A stretch of DNA of 41,753 bases. Source: Thermoprotei archaeon (GTDB lineage Archaea; Thermoproteota; Thermoprotei_A; Sulfolobales; NBVN01). Below, in pieces: positions 1 to 8,364 of the stretch. The stretch spans positions 1 to 41,753 of the forward strand of contig QMWS01000002.1 in assembly GCA_003661745.1 (NCBI GenBank), written 5' to 3'. A program made the translations under genes and the position numbers. The notes beneath the pieces are model-generated. The model saw only the letters and a program-made list of their open reading frames with translations. It did no database searches and had not been told where the DNA came from. Position 1 is the first letter of the stretch; every line of letters starts with the position of its first letter.

Positions 1-830
1 ACCTTCTCCCGTCGTGAGCGTATTTTGTGCGATATGAGTTCCGCGAACCGGTGGATCTCCCGCGGCACCCTGTACGACTGCGCCAGAACACGCTCGCGGT
101 CGCCGGGCAATGGAGGGTCGAAGAATGCCCGTGGCTCCGCACCAGACCATTCATACAGCGATTGATCGTCGTCTCCGAACAGCGCCAGGAACCTGGTTCG
201 CCACGCTCGGAGCACGTCCAGTTGGAGCGGCGTATGATCCTGCGCCTCGTCCACGAGGACGACCTGCTGCGCCGGTAATACCCCGCCCCCGCGGCACGCC
301 TCGAGCCACATTGTATAGTCCATGTAGCCCGCGTCCTCACACCAGGCCTTCCAGTCTCTGTAGATCTCTCTCGCTTGCTCGTCCCACCGCGAGACCGGCC
401 ACATCCGCTGCCGATATTCCACCATACGTTCGAATGCGAGCGACCCGCGCGACATACGCGTCTCAGGCGCCTGTTCGTCCTCGTCGTCGTCGCTTACCCG
501 TCGGAGGCGCGGCACCTCGTCTGACCATCGCGCCGCGAAGCGCGGTACATCGAGGAACTCCTCGATCTTCGTCTCCGCCGGTGGCCCAGCCCCGAGCGCG
601 CGCTTGCACCGCGCGTGTAGCGTCGTCACGTTGTCCTTCCCCAGCAGCGTGACGAGATCAGTCCCGCTCCCATCGTCTCTGCCCGCCGCTTCGCGCACCG
701 CCGCACGCGTCAGGGAACAGACCGACACCTGGTCTTCTCCGAAGACGTCCGCCGCGCGAACCGCCCAGCGGGTTAGCTCTGTCGTCTTGCCCGTGCCAGG
801 TGGGCCGAAAATTCTATACTCCGCTGTCAT
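1..830 (-). CDS. SF1 (UvrD/RecD-like) DNA helicase, partial; C-terminus lies beyond the left edge
   Basis: This ORF is absent from the ORF track; I translated it by hand from the ATG at 830. It reads MTAEYRIFGPPGTGKTT (Walker A), VVLVDEAQD (Walker B/motif II), FGDDDQSLY (motif III) and LAQSYRVPREI (motif IV-like). The frame stays open to position 1. Confidence 0.8.
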   Translation of the reverse strand, partial: MTAEYRIFGPPGTGKTTELTRWAVRAADVFGEDQVSVCSLTRAAVREAAGRDDGSGTDLVTLLGKDNVTTLHARCKRALGAGPPAETKIEEFLDVPRFAARWSDEVPRLRRVSDDDEDEQAPETRMSRGSLAFERMVEYRQRMWPVSRWDEQAREIYRDWKAWCEDAGYMDYTMWLEACRGGGVLPAQQVVLVDEAQDHTPLQLDVLRAWRTRFLALFGDDDQSLYEWSGAEPRAFFDPPLPGDRERVLAQSYRVPREIHRFAELISHKIRSRREK

Positions 831-2223
831 TCCACTCTACTCCTCTCACTATCCGCGTCCTGCCCTCCACCGTCCGGAACTGGCGCCGTTCCGCGCCAGC
901 TGCGCCGAGACGCTGCGACGCCTGCCGGAGCGATATGTTAATCCGCCACCGTGCGGACATGTGCCTACAGAAGTCTTCCAGGCTGAACCACGCCTTGCCG
1001 TTGCGATAGAACGCCCCGCTCGCTGGCACCTCACCCTGCGCCATGGAGACCTCGGAGAGATAGAGTCGCACGTAGTGCATTATCTCCCCCGCCGCTGTGG
1101 CTTCGCCGCCGGTCTCCACATCCCGCGCTACATCCAGGATTCGCTGCGCGACCTGCTCGTGCGTAGGCACCGACGTGGCGCTCCGGCGACGGATAACAAT
1201 CTTTGTAGCCTCCGCGACCGCGGTCTGTAGCCCGCGCGGGCTCATCAGCTGCTGCGTGCTGACGGCCACCGACCCCTGGTCAAATACGAGCTCGAGCGTA
1301 GTTGGCTCGCCGGTGATTCTTCGGACGTCGCGCAGGCGCACCCCATCACCGAGGAGTGAAGAGATAATCTCAAGCTTCTGCTCTCTGTCCACCGTCTCCT
1401 CGTCTCTCTCGCGATGCATTATAGACTCGATGACGGTCGTCAGTTCATCACGTTCCAATGGAGGTTGACACTTCTCGTTCCACGCTGACAGAAGCGTCTC
1501 CGCCTCAGTCCTCGACAGCCCAAGCCCGAAATAACGCCCCGCCAGTCGCGCAGCAGTCTGGTTCCGCTTGCCGGTGGGCGTGCCATGCACCAGCGCACTG
1601 TCATACCACGACAGCGCCGCGTCATCCTGCGTACCATGACGACCGCGCCGCCGCTGGAAGACAGAGAGATCGATTTCCGGCAATTCAACGTCGAAGATGC
1701 TCCGGCCAGGCAGCCACTCGTATCGCGACCCGCTGGCATGCCTCGATGGCGGCACGACGACAAATGCGCCCTCGGCGCGGATATCCACGCCTGGCAGGAC
1801 GCGCACCCCCGTCCGCGGCGCCAAGGTCGCGTCCTTAGGCCAGCGAACGTACACATGCCACCCGCCGCCCCCCGTCCGCACCGTCGGCGCCAGCGGCAGC
1901 TCACCGTCCTTAAGCCCGAGCGCCTCGGACAGCGCCTCCTTGCCCTCCTCGCTGTCTATGTCGAGGACGATGACGCCTGAGACCTCTCCCGTGACCACTC
2001 CCAGATTCGAGTCCGGATGTCTTCTCAGTTCCGCCTCGATGATCTCCTCAGTCGCAGCGACGCTGCACCGTTCACGCCACCGCCCCCGGGGATGCTTCCC
2101 GGGGCGGTCGCAGTTTTCGTCACCGCACGTGCACGTGCCGTCGTCGTTAATTCCGTGCACGGCTACAACTGATAAGCCAGCTCTCACCAGTGCTTTCGCA
2201 TCATCTATGATGCTGTCGTGCAT
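814..2223 (-). CDS. bifunctional DNA primase-polymerase (AEP/PrimPol) with PriCT-like C-terminal region
   Basis: AEP motifs VLDIDS (DxD), GGGWHVY and VDIRAEGAFVVVPPS. A Cys/His cluster CTCGDENCDRPGKHPRGRW is present. I chose the ATG at 2223 because GGAGGAAGCGTA precedes it; the ORF-track start at 2271 has no comparable RBS. Confidence 0.85.
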   Translation of the reverse strand: MHDSIIDDAKALVRAGLSVVAVHGINDDGTCTCGDENCDRPGKHPRGRWRERCSVAATEEIIEAELRRHPDSNLGVVTGEVSGVIVLDIDSEEGKEALSEALGLKDGELPLAPTVRTGGGGWHVYVRWPKDATLAPRTGVRVLPGVDIRAEGAFVVVPPSRHASGSRYEWLPGRSIFDVELPEIDLSVFQRRRGRHGTQDDAALSWYDSALVHGTPTGKRNQTAARLAGRYFGLGLSRTEAETLLSAWNEKCQPPLERDELTTVIESIMHRERDEETVDREQKLEIISSLLGDGVRLRDVRRITGEPTTLELVFDQGSVAVSTQQLMSPRGLQTAVAEATKIVIRRRSATSVPTHEQVAQRILDVARDVETGGEATAAGEIMHYVRLYLSEVSMAQGEVPASGAFYRNGKAWFSLEDFCRHMSARWRINISLRQASQRLGAAGAERRQFRTVEGRTRIVRGVEWNDSGV

Positions 2224-2290
2224 TACGCTTCCTCCGAACTCACAGCGCGCGGGAGCCTGGTCGGCCCCCACGCGCGTTGATGCTGCTTAT

Positions 2291-2767
2291 TTAGAACGGT
2301 GGCATGTTGTCATCGTCATCTGCCGCCTGCTTCCTGGAGCGCGTGGCCTCCTCCCTCGCACCTCTCGGCGCCTGCTCCGAGTCGAGCGGCTCGACGCGCG
2401 AGACTCGATTGAAGTCACGCTCTTCGCCGTCGCGGCCGCGGCGTCGCTCTGTGGTGATTGTGAGAAGCGCACGGCGGCCGACGAAGTCGTCCGTGTCCCC
2501 GCTCCAGACGCCATCGAGCTCCTCTTTCACGAACGCTGCGATGTGCTGCTTCAGGTTGAACAGCGCGTGCTCCTGGAGACTCGTGTACGATCGGATCTGG
2601 CGCCCGGCATGCTCCCCCAGGGCAATCTCCCACTGCCACACCAGCATCGGATTCCCGGAGCTGCTCTCGCGCTCCTCAGTGCTAAGGAGCTGCGCGACGT
2701 ACTTCCCCGACGGTATCGCTTCCCACGCGGACTCGGCGTTCGACAAATCAATCACGATCTTAGGCAT
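2291..2767 (-). CDS. DUF669-type phage single-stranded DNA-binding protein
   Basis: N-terminus IDLSNAE..IPSGKY...GNPMLVWQWEI is typical of DUF669. The acidic C-terminal tail DDDDNMPPF resembles the bacterial SSB tip. RBS AGGAGGGTGAA precedes the ATG. The gene sits in the usual AAA_24/DUF669 synteny. Confidence 0.75.
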   Translation of the reverse strand: MPKIVIDLSNAESAWEAIPSGKYVAQLLSTEERESSSGNPMLVWQWEIALGEHAGRQIRSYTSLQEHALFNLKQHIAAFVKEELDGVWSGDTDDFVGRRALLTITTERRRGRDGEERDFNRVSRVEPLDSEQAPRGAREEATRSRKQAADDDDNMPPF

Positions 2768-2768
2768 T

Positions 2769-4109
2769 TCACCCTCCTAGGATATTTCTCGCGGCTTCTA
2801 TACCGCTTACTGCACATGCGACATGGCTATCTAGATAGCCGCTGGCATTTCCAACCACGTACACGCCTGGCACCCCGCTGACCTGCCAGCCGCGGTCAAC
2901 GGCAATGCGGTATCCATAATACTTCGCCTCGGGCGCGTAGATAACACCATTGGGCAACAAATCCGGCAACGCCTCCGACAGCGCTAAGATGAATCGCGCG
3001 AATGCACCGTGGACGCGCTTCGGAAGCACCCTGCCGAAATCGAACGCTATCGCCTTGTGATTCGTCCGCCGAAGCTTTCTCCTTCGGCCTCGCGCGACAC
3101 GGAGAAATTCCTCAATCGTCTGCACCGCCGTGCCGCCAGCCGCGTCGTTGACCCCTCGCGCCAGCGTGCGGACGTACTCCGGTGGGTCAGAGATCTCGTC
3201 CGTCTGCGCAATCCGCAGGATCAGTGCGAAATTACTGAACTGCGACTTCTTCTCGAGGAGATACGAGTGCCCGTTGACGTTTATGAAGCCCAGGCTCCGG
3301 TGGTTCTCGTTGACGACGAAACCACGCTGGTTGCAGCAGAATGTACGCACCTGCCAGTCGTCGTCGTCAGAGACCAATTTCCAGTCATAGAACTCCTCGA
3401 ACGCAGGCTCCAGCGCCTTCGCCGGTGCCTCGACCCGAAGGCCAAACCCCGCGTGCCCTGGCACCAGCGTGGCGCCCAAGCCGCGCAGCACCCGCTCGCT
3501 CCAGCCAGTCCCCGCGAGCCCGGTCGCGATCACCACAGCGTCGAATTCCTCTGTTCCATCTCGATGCTGAACAGCGACCTTGCCGCTCGACGGAAAGACG
3601 TCGTCAATCCCGCGCCGCACGAACTTGACGCCACGCTCGACGAGGTCGAGGATCTGCAATTGCGTCACAGCGCGGATCCCTTCCGTCCCGAAATGCAGGA
3701 GCGGGTAGGTCTGGAAGGTCAGCCCCGTCCCGCGCCAGTTCGGCGTCTTAGTTGACGAACTCGAAACCAACCGGTACGGGATCCCGCCCGAGCGCGCGAG
3801 CTCCACAAAGCGCTTCCCCACCGCCGCGAGGAGATCGTCGTATGTCGCGGGATCGAAGACATCGAGCCCTTGCGTCCCCCTGCCAAACGTGAGCTTCCCG
3901 TCACTCATACCGCCCGCGCCACCGTCGCCCTCGAGGATCGCGCACGTCTCGCACGGGCAATGGTCGAGCTCAGGCAGGCGGCACTCTGTCCGCGCGGACA
4001 TACGATCTCCGCGCTCGAAGATCGTCACGTCAACCTTGCCCACCAGGCCCTCGGCCGTGAAAAGCCCCGCTGGGCCAGCACCGATAATCGCAACTCGCCG
4101 CTTCCTCAC
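2769..4109 (-). CDS. FAD-dependent oxidoreductase (COG2509-like uncharacterised FAD dehydrogenase)
   Basis: Rossmann motif VAIIGAGPAGL near the N-terminus. GGAGGMSDGKL, RTFCCNQRGFVV and the C-terminal GVYVVGNASGY match the COG2509 pattern as I recall it. I prefer the GTG at 4109 because GGGAGGGG lies upstream and it shares one base with the upstream TAG; the ORF-track start is 4124. Confidence 0.75.
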   Translation of the reverse strand: MRKRRVAIIGAGPAGLFTAEGLVGKVDVTIFERGDRMSARTECRLPELDHCPCETCAILEGDGGAGGMSDGKLTFGRGTQGLDVFDPATYDDLLAAVGKRFVELARSGGIPYRLVSSSSTKTPNWRGTGLTFQTYPLLHFGTEGIRAVTQLQILDLVERGVKFVRRGIDDVFPSSGKVAVQHRDGTEEFDAVVIATGLAGTGWSERVLRGLGATLVPGHAGFGLRVEAPAKALEPAFEEFYDWKLVSDDDDWQVRTFCCNQRGFVVNENHRSLGFINVNGHSYLLEKKSQFSNFALILRIAQTDEISDPPEYVRTLARGVNDAAGGTAVQTIEEFLRVARGRRRKLRRTNHKAIAFDFGRVLPKRVHGAFARFILALSEALPDLLPNGVIYAPEAKYYGYRIAVDRGWQVSGVPGVYVVGNASGYLDSHVACAVSGIEAARNILGG

Positions 4110-4855
4110 TAGTTCCCCTCCCAAAGGCTCAGGATCTTGCTCATGTCCGGATCGAAAATCCCCCGCGCCTGCACCCCCCGTGCTTTGGCGAGGTAGCGCA
4201 TTTTCGTCTCCTCGGAGACATGCTCGCTCAGGAGCAGGTAGCGCCGGAGCCGCGTGTTGCCCTCGTCGTCCGTCTCCTCGAATGTGGTCAGCCTGGCCAA
4301 CACGTCCACAAACGCGCCAGCCTCAACGCCCAGCTGACCCGATAGCTGCGGGCACACCACGCCGAGCCGCTCGTCCGAACGCTCGTGCGCAAGCATTAAG
4401 ACGTGCATCCGCGCCTCCGGATCGTCCTGATACGCAAGATTCCTAAACGCCCTGATGACCTTGCGCATCTGGTCGCCCGTGCGCAACCAGTCCTGTCTGG
4501 TCGGCACTGGCGTTGCTTCGAGATCCTCCGCGCTCGCCCCACTGCCGACGATGCTCGCGAGACTCAACGCCCGCTGCATCTCGGTCAACGTGTCGAGCAC
4601 CACGCACCGATAGCCGCTCTTGCCCGAGGCGAGCATGTCGTAGACCTCCTGGACATCCGCCCACGACCGCGGCCGGACTATATCAACCGCCTTCCCGCGA
4701 ATCGTAAGCGTACCTGCCTCGAAGTCCACTAGCAGCACCGGCGACGTCGCCTCGCAGTCCGCCGCGGTGCCCGCGAGATGTGTCTTGCCAGACCCCGTCA
4801 CACCGTACACAAGGATGTTCAGGAACAGCGTGTCCTCTGCCGATACGATTTTCAT
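4109..4855 (-). CDS. AAA_24 / Sak4-like RecA-fold ATPase (recombination mediator)
   Basis: Walker A LVYGVTGSGKT and Walker B CVVLDTLTE. I chose the ATG at 4855 (MKIVSAED) because GGAGGG precedes it and it lies just after the upstream stop at 4857. The ORF-track start at 4915 would overlap the nuclease gene. Confidence 0.8.
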   Translation of the reverse strand: MKIVSAEDTLFLNILVYGVTGSGKTHLAGTAADCEATSPVLLVDFEAGTLTIRGKAVDIVRPRSWADVQEVYDMLASGKSGYRCVVLDTLTEMQRALSLASIVGSGASAEDLEATPVPTRQDWLRTGDQMRKVIRAFRNLAYQDDPEARMHVLMLAHERSDERLGVVCPQLSGQLGVEAGAFVDVLARLTTFEETDDEGNTRLRRYLLLSEHVSEETKMRYLAKARGVQARGIFDPDMSKILSLWEGN

Positions 4856-4856
4856 G

Positions 4857-5774
4857 CTACCCTCCAGTTTGAGTGTCGCCCGAGATATTACCACCGCCCC
4901 GCCCGTCTTGTTCATACTGTTTCCGACGGTGGTAAGATGTTCTGAGAATGAATTCCCAATCGCCGCCGCTCTGATACACGCGGCAGACCTCGCGGAAGTC
5001 GCACATCGCGCAGCGCACCTGCGCGGGTTGCGGATAGATCAGAACTTCCCTGCCGCGCGTCGCGATCAGCTCGCGATACTGCCCGTACGCGCGTGTCAGG
5101 AACACCTCGATGTGCCTCTTCGTACGCGAGACCACGTGCCGCTCAAACAGCCGCGACCGAACGCGCGGCCCTGGACGCTGCTTCCGCAAGCCGTTCCAGA
5201 TGACCCCTACTACGTGCTCCCCCTCGAGCCCGAGGTCGTCTGCCAGCGCCTGCCCCAACCACACCTGCGCGGACATCTGGTGATCGAGCTCGAGCCACGA
5301 CGGATCGAACCGCTGGAATGTCTTGTGCTCAAGGACGTAGAGATTTCCGTCCTCATAGCTGCGCACCAGGCCGTCCAGGCGCGCGTTGAGAATGCACGCC
5401 GTCCGCCGCCCCGACGGCGCAGGCAGCGGGCGACGAAGGACATGCTCCGTCGCGAGCACCTCGAAGTTGTCGCGATTCTTGTACGTCTCCCTGTACCCGC
5501 GGAGCATCGCGATCCCAAGATCCCGATGATCCCTGTACTCCGTGGGATCCAGGTCGTCCCTGCGCGCGTCCCAGACAGAGACGAAAACGTCCACAAGATC
5601 CCCGCGGCCAGCGTAGTATTCCTCGAGCGCGCGGTGGATCGCCGTGCCGAACTCGAGCGCCACCGCGCTGGCGATAGGCCGCCACCCCTCCCTATACCCA
5701 AGGTGCCATGCCAGCCGACACGACATCGCGTTCAGCTGGCTCGGACTCAGCGTCACTTGCCGTCGCTTTGCCAC
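4857..5774 (-). CDS. PD-(D/E)XK Cas4/RecB-like exonuclease with Fe-S cysteine set
   Basis: N-terminal LSPSQLNAMSC; catalytic-type RLDGLV ... YVLEHKT (D..ExK); C-terminal CAMCDFREVC. The overall pattern is C...CxxCx5C. GTG start preceded by GAGGAGG. Confidence 0.8.
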   Translation of the reverse strand: MAKRRQVTLSPSQLNAMSCRLAWHLGYREGWRPIASAVALEFGTAIHRALEEYYAGRGDLVDVFVSVWDARRDDLDPTEYRDHRDLGIAMLRGYRETYKNRDNFEVLATEHVLRRPLPAPSGRRTACILNARLDGLVRSYEDGNLYVLEHKTFQRFDPSWLELDHQMSAQVWLGQALADDLGLEGEHVVGVIWNGLRKQRPGPRVRSRLFERHVVSRTKRHIEVFLTRAYGQYRELIATRGREVLIYPQPAQVRCAMCDFREVCRVYQSGGDWEFILRTSYHRRKQYEQDGRGGGNISGDTQTGG

Positions 5775-7314
5775 TTCTCAACCTCCTCATCAGTTCATTC
5801 ACTTGCACTTCACGCTTTTGGCTGATAATGTCGAAGATGTGCTCCTCAATGCTGTCTCTCGTCAATATCACCACAGTTTCCACTTCCTCGGCCCTCTGCC
5901 CGATCCGATATATCCTGTCTTCCGCGTGGATATTCCCAGCCGGATGCCAGGCGAGGTCGAGAAAAATCGCCCGCCGAGCCGCGACCAGGTTGAGCCCCTC
6001 GCCACCGACGCCGTGCGTCGCTACCAGCGCCTGCGCGTCCTCCTCAAGCGCCGCAAGCGCACGCTCGCGCTCGCGTGGAGACACGCTCCCCGTGAGCAGC
6101 ACCGCGCGGATGCCCTCGGCGTTGAGCCGCTCGACGGCGCGCTTCGCGAGTTGCTCGAACATCGTGAAGACAACCGCCTTGCCGTCGCCCTCGCGGATGA
6201 CCTCGACCAGCGCGTCTAGCTTGCTGCCGCCCTTATAGTCAGGAAAGACCAGGGACGGATCCAGCGCCAGCTGCCGCAGGCGCGTGACCTCGCTAAGCGC
6301 GCCGTCCGACCACACTTCCTCGTTACCGAAGCGCACCCGGCCGGTCTCGAGCATCTCATCGTACAGCGCCGCCTGCCCAGCAGGCATCTGGTAGCTCACG
6401 ACCCGCCGCGTACGCGTCGGGAGCCCATCGAGCCTGTCCTTCTCCCGCCTTAGGACATACACCGAGAGGATACGCTCCAACGCCTCGCGCTCGCCGTCCT
6501 TGACCCCGCCGACCTTGATTCCGTAGCGCGTCTCGTGCACGTCGAAGAAGCGCCACGCGAACAACCAGTACGACGAAAAGCGCGCCGGATCGACAAGGTG
6601 GAGAAGGCTCCAAATATCCGACGCGACGTTGACCGTCGGGGACGCTGTCAGGAGGAATACCCAGTCCGCCTCCGCGCACATCCGCTTCAGCACGTCGAAT
6701 GTCTGCGTCTTCCGGTTCCGCGCATTGTGCGCCTCGTCCACGATGATGAGGTCAGCGTGCAGATCGTTCAGCAGAATCTGTGCGAAGTTGCAGATGAGGA
6801 ACTCATCAGTCCACGACCCCAGGATCTCCTGCCGCTCGTCCGCATTTCCCGTCAGCGCCAGCGGCGACCTGGTCGTCCAGCGACGGACGTGCTCCGCCCA
6901 GTCTGGGATCTTGGAGTCGTTACAAACGATAACCGCCCTGCGCGGCTTAGCAGCGTCTGCTGCAACTAGAGACATCACCGTTTTCCCAAGTCCTTGGCTA
7001 TCCGCCAGGATACCACGCCGCGCGGCCAGGAGCCAGCGCACCGCGACCCGCTGGTGCGGAAGAAGATCGTCGCGACCAGGGGCGTCGTCCTGCCCCGCGA
7101 GCGATAGGAGCTCCTCCTGACGCTCCCGTATCTCGCGGAACCGCACGCGCAGCGCAGGAGAGATTTGGACTCGACCGCGATTGTGCATGAGAATGCGGCG
7201 GGCGACGTCGCCGCATATAGGAAACGATCGAGGAGGTCTGCCGAAGGGGCAGATTTCTGGCGGGACGTCGCCCTTGAACATCATTCTATCACGATAGAGA
7301 TATAGCGTCCTCAT
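5692..7314 (-). CDS. SNF2-family helicase/translocase
   Basis: Motifs LADSQGLGKT (I), IIVDEAHNARN (II, DEAH), LLTASP (III), GGEGLNL (V) and AEDRIYRIGQ (VI). Its 3' end overlaps the next gene by 83 nt. Confidence 0.9.
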   Translation of the reverse strand: MRTLYLYRDRMMFKGDVPPEICPFGRPPRSFPICGDVARRILMHNRGRVQISPALRVRFREIRERQEELLSLAGQDDAPGRDDLLPHQRVAVRWLLAARRGILADSQGLGKTVMSLVAADAAKPRRAVIVCNDSKIPDWAEHVRRWTTRSPLALTGNADERQEILGSWTDEFLICNFAQILLNDLHADLIIVDEAHNARNRKTQTFDVLKRMCAEADWVFLLTASPTVNVASDIWSLLHLVDPARFSSYWLFAWRFFDVHETRYGIKVGGVKDGEREALERILSVYVLRREKDRLDGLPTRTRRVVSYQMPAGQAALYDEMLETGRVRFGNEEVWSDGALSEVTRLRQLALDPSLVFPDYKGGSKLDALVEVIREGDGKAVVFTMFEQLAKRAVERLNAEGIRAVLLTGSVSPRERERALAALEEDAQALVATHGVGGEGLNLVAARRAIFLDLAWHPAGNIHAEDRIYRIGQRAEEVETVVILTRDSIEEHIFDIISQKREVQVNELMRRLRSGKATASDAESEPAERDVVSAGMAPWV

Positions 7315-7601
7315 GCTCCGCGCTCCTCCGCGATCTCCGCGAGTTGCGAGGAATATTTTGGCATAGCGCGGAGGACGACGTTCATCTGTTTCTGAGAGAC
7401 CAGCTGGCCCGCGAGCACCCGCTCCGCGATGCTGGTCAGAATCTCCGCATCGCGGGCGTTGAAGCCCACGCCGTTACGATAGACCGTCCGGCCCGTCGCC
7501 TGCTCGTCGGCCTCCTGGCGCGCGTAGATGGCCAGCAGCGCGCGGATGGCCCACCGCGGGTCGCTGCTCACCTTCCGTCGAATCTCTTCCTGGCTGATCA
7601 T
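7311..7601 (-). CDS. hypothetical protein (replication module)
   Basis: 96-aa ORF preceded by RBS GGAGGGAAGC. ATGA overlap with the SNF2 start. GC-rich third codon positions. No motif recognised. Confidence 0.6.
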   Translation of the reverse strand: MISQEEIRRKVSSDPRWAIRALLAIYARQEADEQATGRTVYRNGVGFNARDAEILTSIAERVLAGQLVSQKQMNVVLRAMPKYSSQLAEIAEERGA

Positions 7602-7680
7602 GCTTCCCTCCGGAATCTCGTTTAGCTCAGCTTAGCACATCCTCGCCGCGAGAGAAATACCCTGCTCACTCCCGGAGGGC

Positions 7681-8052
7681 CTACTCGCCTCGCTGTTTAC
7701 GCCGCCACCGGAGGACATGCGCCAGCGCGTCGCGCGCGTGCCTTCCGCGTACCAGGGCGGCCGCGCACTGCCTGTCCAGCGCCCCCGCCCCAGGCGGCTG
7801 GAGGACGAGCCGTATGCCCTCCTCCTGGCATATCAGTGTGACCGCGCCGATGACCAGTAACGGATCCCTGTAATTGACCGCCCTGCCAGCCGTGCCGCGG
7901 AAGTCCTCCATGACCACGACGTCCGCGCCGCGGATCCAGTCGCGCAGCTCACCAAGCCCCCGGATCTCCGCCGACCGCACGACACCACCCTCCTCCCGCA
8001 CGACGCCCGTCGTCCCGCCAGGGTCAATCCCAACTACGATCTCGCTGCCCAT
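7681..8052 (-). CDS. RuvC-like Holliday junction resolvase
   Basis: VGIDPGGTTG and VVVMEDF acidic motifs of the RuvC/RNase H fold. I set the start at the ATG at 8052 (MGSEIV). The ORF-track extension to 8145 runs through the AT-rich repeat and is not credible. Confidence 0.75.
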   Translation of the reverse strand: MGSEIVVGIDPGGTTGVVREEGGVVRSAEIRGLGELRDWIRGADVVVMEDFRGTAGRAVNYRDPLLVIGAVTLICQEEGIRLVLQPPGAGALDRQCAAALVRGRHARDALAHVLRWRRKQRGE

Positions 8053-8056
8053 GCCC

Positions 8057-8152
8057 GAAATTCCCCCTTTATTTTTGAAGAGAGTGAATCTTATAAAGTT
8101 ATATATCGAACGCGCCTCAAAATTAAGGAGCGGATTGCTTGGCATTGTTTCC
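8057..8152 (-). promoter_or_regulatory. AT-rich promoter-like element, copy A, directly upstream of the replication operon
   Basis: About 95 bp and nearly identical to copy B. The core is shared with copy C at 38139. In minus orientation it reads ...GCGCGTTCGATATATAACTTTATAAGATTCACTCTCTTCAAAAATAAAGGGGGAATTTC. It contains TATATA and TATAAG -10-like hexamers and ends 5 nt before the RuvC ATG. Confidence 0.5.
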
Positions 8153-8165
8153 CCTCAGCCCGCCG

Positions 8166-8260
8166 GAAATTCCCCTTTATTTTTGAAGAAAGTGAATCTT
8201 ATAAAGTTATATATCGAACGCGCCTCTAATTTAAGGAGCGGATTGCTTGGCATTGTTTCC
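8166..8260 (-). promoter_or_regulatory. AT-rich promoter-like element, copy B (tandem with copy A, 109-bp offset)
   Basis: A direct repeat of copy A with only a few substitutions over about 95 bp, judged by eye. Confidence 0.5.
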
Positions 8261-8287
8261 TCGTAGCTCGCGCTCGCGCCGGAGGCG

Positions 8288-8327
8288 GAATCTGCACTCG
8301 GACGCCTCAATCTCCGAGTGCAGATTC
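8288..8327. terminator. perfect 15-bp-stem hairpin at the end of the late (structural/lysis) operon
   Basis: GAATCTGCACTCGGA-cgcctcaatc-TCCGAGTGCAGATTC. It lies 38 nt beyond the lysin stop and upstream of the tandem AT-rich elements. The T-run (TTCTTTG) follows on the plus strand only. Confidence 0.6.
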
Positions 8328-8364
8328 TTTGCTCCCCGGCCTAGTAGGTCAAGCCGGCGGCGGG

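Noticed and set aside
1697-2881. Long plus-strand ORFs, for example 1697..2881, 4767..5825, 8329..9417, 31917..32969, 34725..35591 and 40697..41440.
   Set aside because: All are antisense to minus-strand genes with clear motifs. They are Arg/Pro/Ala/Ser-rich and of low complexity, as expected for shadow frames in GC-rich DNA. They lack RBS-like sequences.
2769-4109. The flavoprotein might be a flavin-dependent thymidylate synthase (ThyX) or another nucleotide enzyme typical of phage replication modules.
   Set aside because: No ThyX RHRxxS-type motif is present. The dinucleotide-binding GAGPAG N-terminus and the GGAGGMSDGKL / FCCNQRG motifs point to the COG2509-type two-dinucleotide-fold family instead.
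4109-4915. The 268-aa version of the AAA_24 ATPase.
   Set aside because: It would overlap the nuclease gene by 59 nt. The ATG at 4855 follows GGAGGG and places the Walker A loop at the usual distance from the N-terminus.
7681-8145. The 154-aa version of the RuvC-like ORF, and the 63-aa ORF at 38051..38242.
   Set aside because: The extra N-terminal residues (NPLLNFEARSIYNFIRFTLFKNKG...) are simply the translated AT-rich repeat element. The same 'peptide' appears wherever the element occurs, and a good ATG exists at 8052.
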